A stretch of 64,000 nt of DNA from Candidatus Latescibacterota bacterium (GTDB lineage: Bacteria > Latescibacterota > UBA2968 > GCA-2709665): assembly GCA_965203805.1 (NCBI GenBank), contig OZ241917.1, forward strand, positions 3,296,001 through 3,360,000, given 5' to 3'. Numbering within the stretch: the stretch's first letter is position 1; the number at the start of each line of letters is the position of its first letter. A program made the translations under genes and the position numbers. Under the pieces are notes generated by a model, which saw only the letters and a program-made list of their open reading frames with translations, was not told where the DNA came from and ran no database searches. Shown here piece after piece: positions 63,795 through 64,000 of the stretch.

Positions 63795-64000
63795 CGGGGA
63801 GACGTAAGACGTGAGACGTGAGATTATATCAGTGCTCCATGGTCTTTCCAGTCGTTACGATAACGGTAAATTAGCAGGCACGGTTTATGTAGAAACACGG
63901 CTGTGAATGTCTTCATCTACCGTCTACCCTCTTACGTCTACCCGCTTTTACGCGTGCCGGTCATCTATAGATACTCTGATTGACAGGAATTCGCCAGCCC
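63795..64000 (-). repeat. Start of another cassette (divergent E, B), truncated by the window edge
   Basis: CGCGTGCCGGTCATCTATAGATACTC..GAATTCGCC. Confidence 0.9.

Overview
GC-rich bacterial chromosomal window. The UBact locus, T9SS-type/FlgD C-termini and dockerin-like EF-hand tags suggest a Latescibacterota/Handelsmanbacteria-like lineage (inference). Left to right: a truncated AAA+DUF4143 ATPase; a complete UBact-proteasome locus (arc-dop-ubact-prcB-prcA-pafA, minus strand); a GxxExxY nuclease-like gene; three paralogous secreted proteins (two HEFQH metallopeptidases); an amidohydrolase; an ATPase plus frameshifted TOPRIM/DUF3226 pair; msrP; a toxin-antitoxin pair; a Uma2 nuclease; large surface proteins; a DUF151 nuclease; two DUF559 endonucleases; the housekeeping run ispE-tRNA-Gln-rplY-pth-hppA-rpsF-rpsR-rplI; a TPR protein; and a sigma54 activator. 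About 14-15 kb (roughly a fifth of the window, summed by hand) is intergenic mosaic repeat. It is built from a palindromic REP-like unit, several structured 65-300 nt modules and heptamer microsatellites. The DUF559 genes sit in the same repeat-bounded slot as the non-coding modules, one is followed by a 7x159-bp tandem array, and the cassettes flip orientation between about 31.7 and 39.6 kb. This nuclease-plus-repeat cassette system is the best candidate for an undescribed system. All family assignments come from motif recognition, not database searches.
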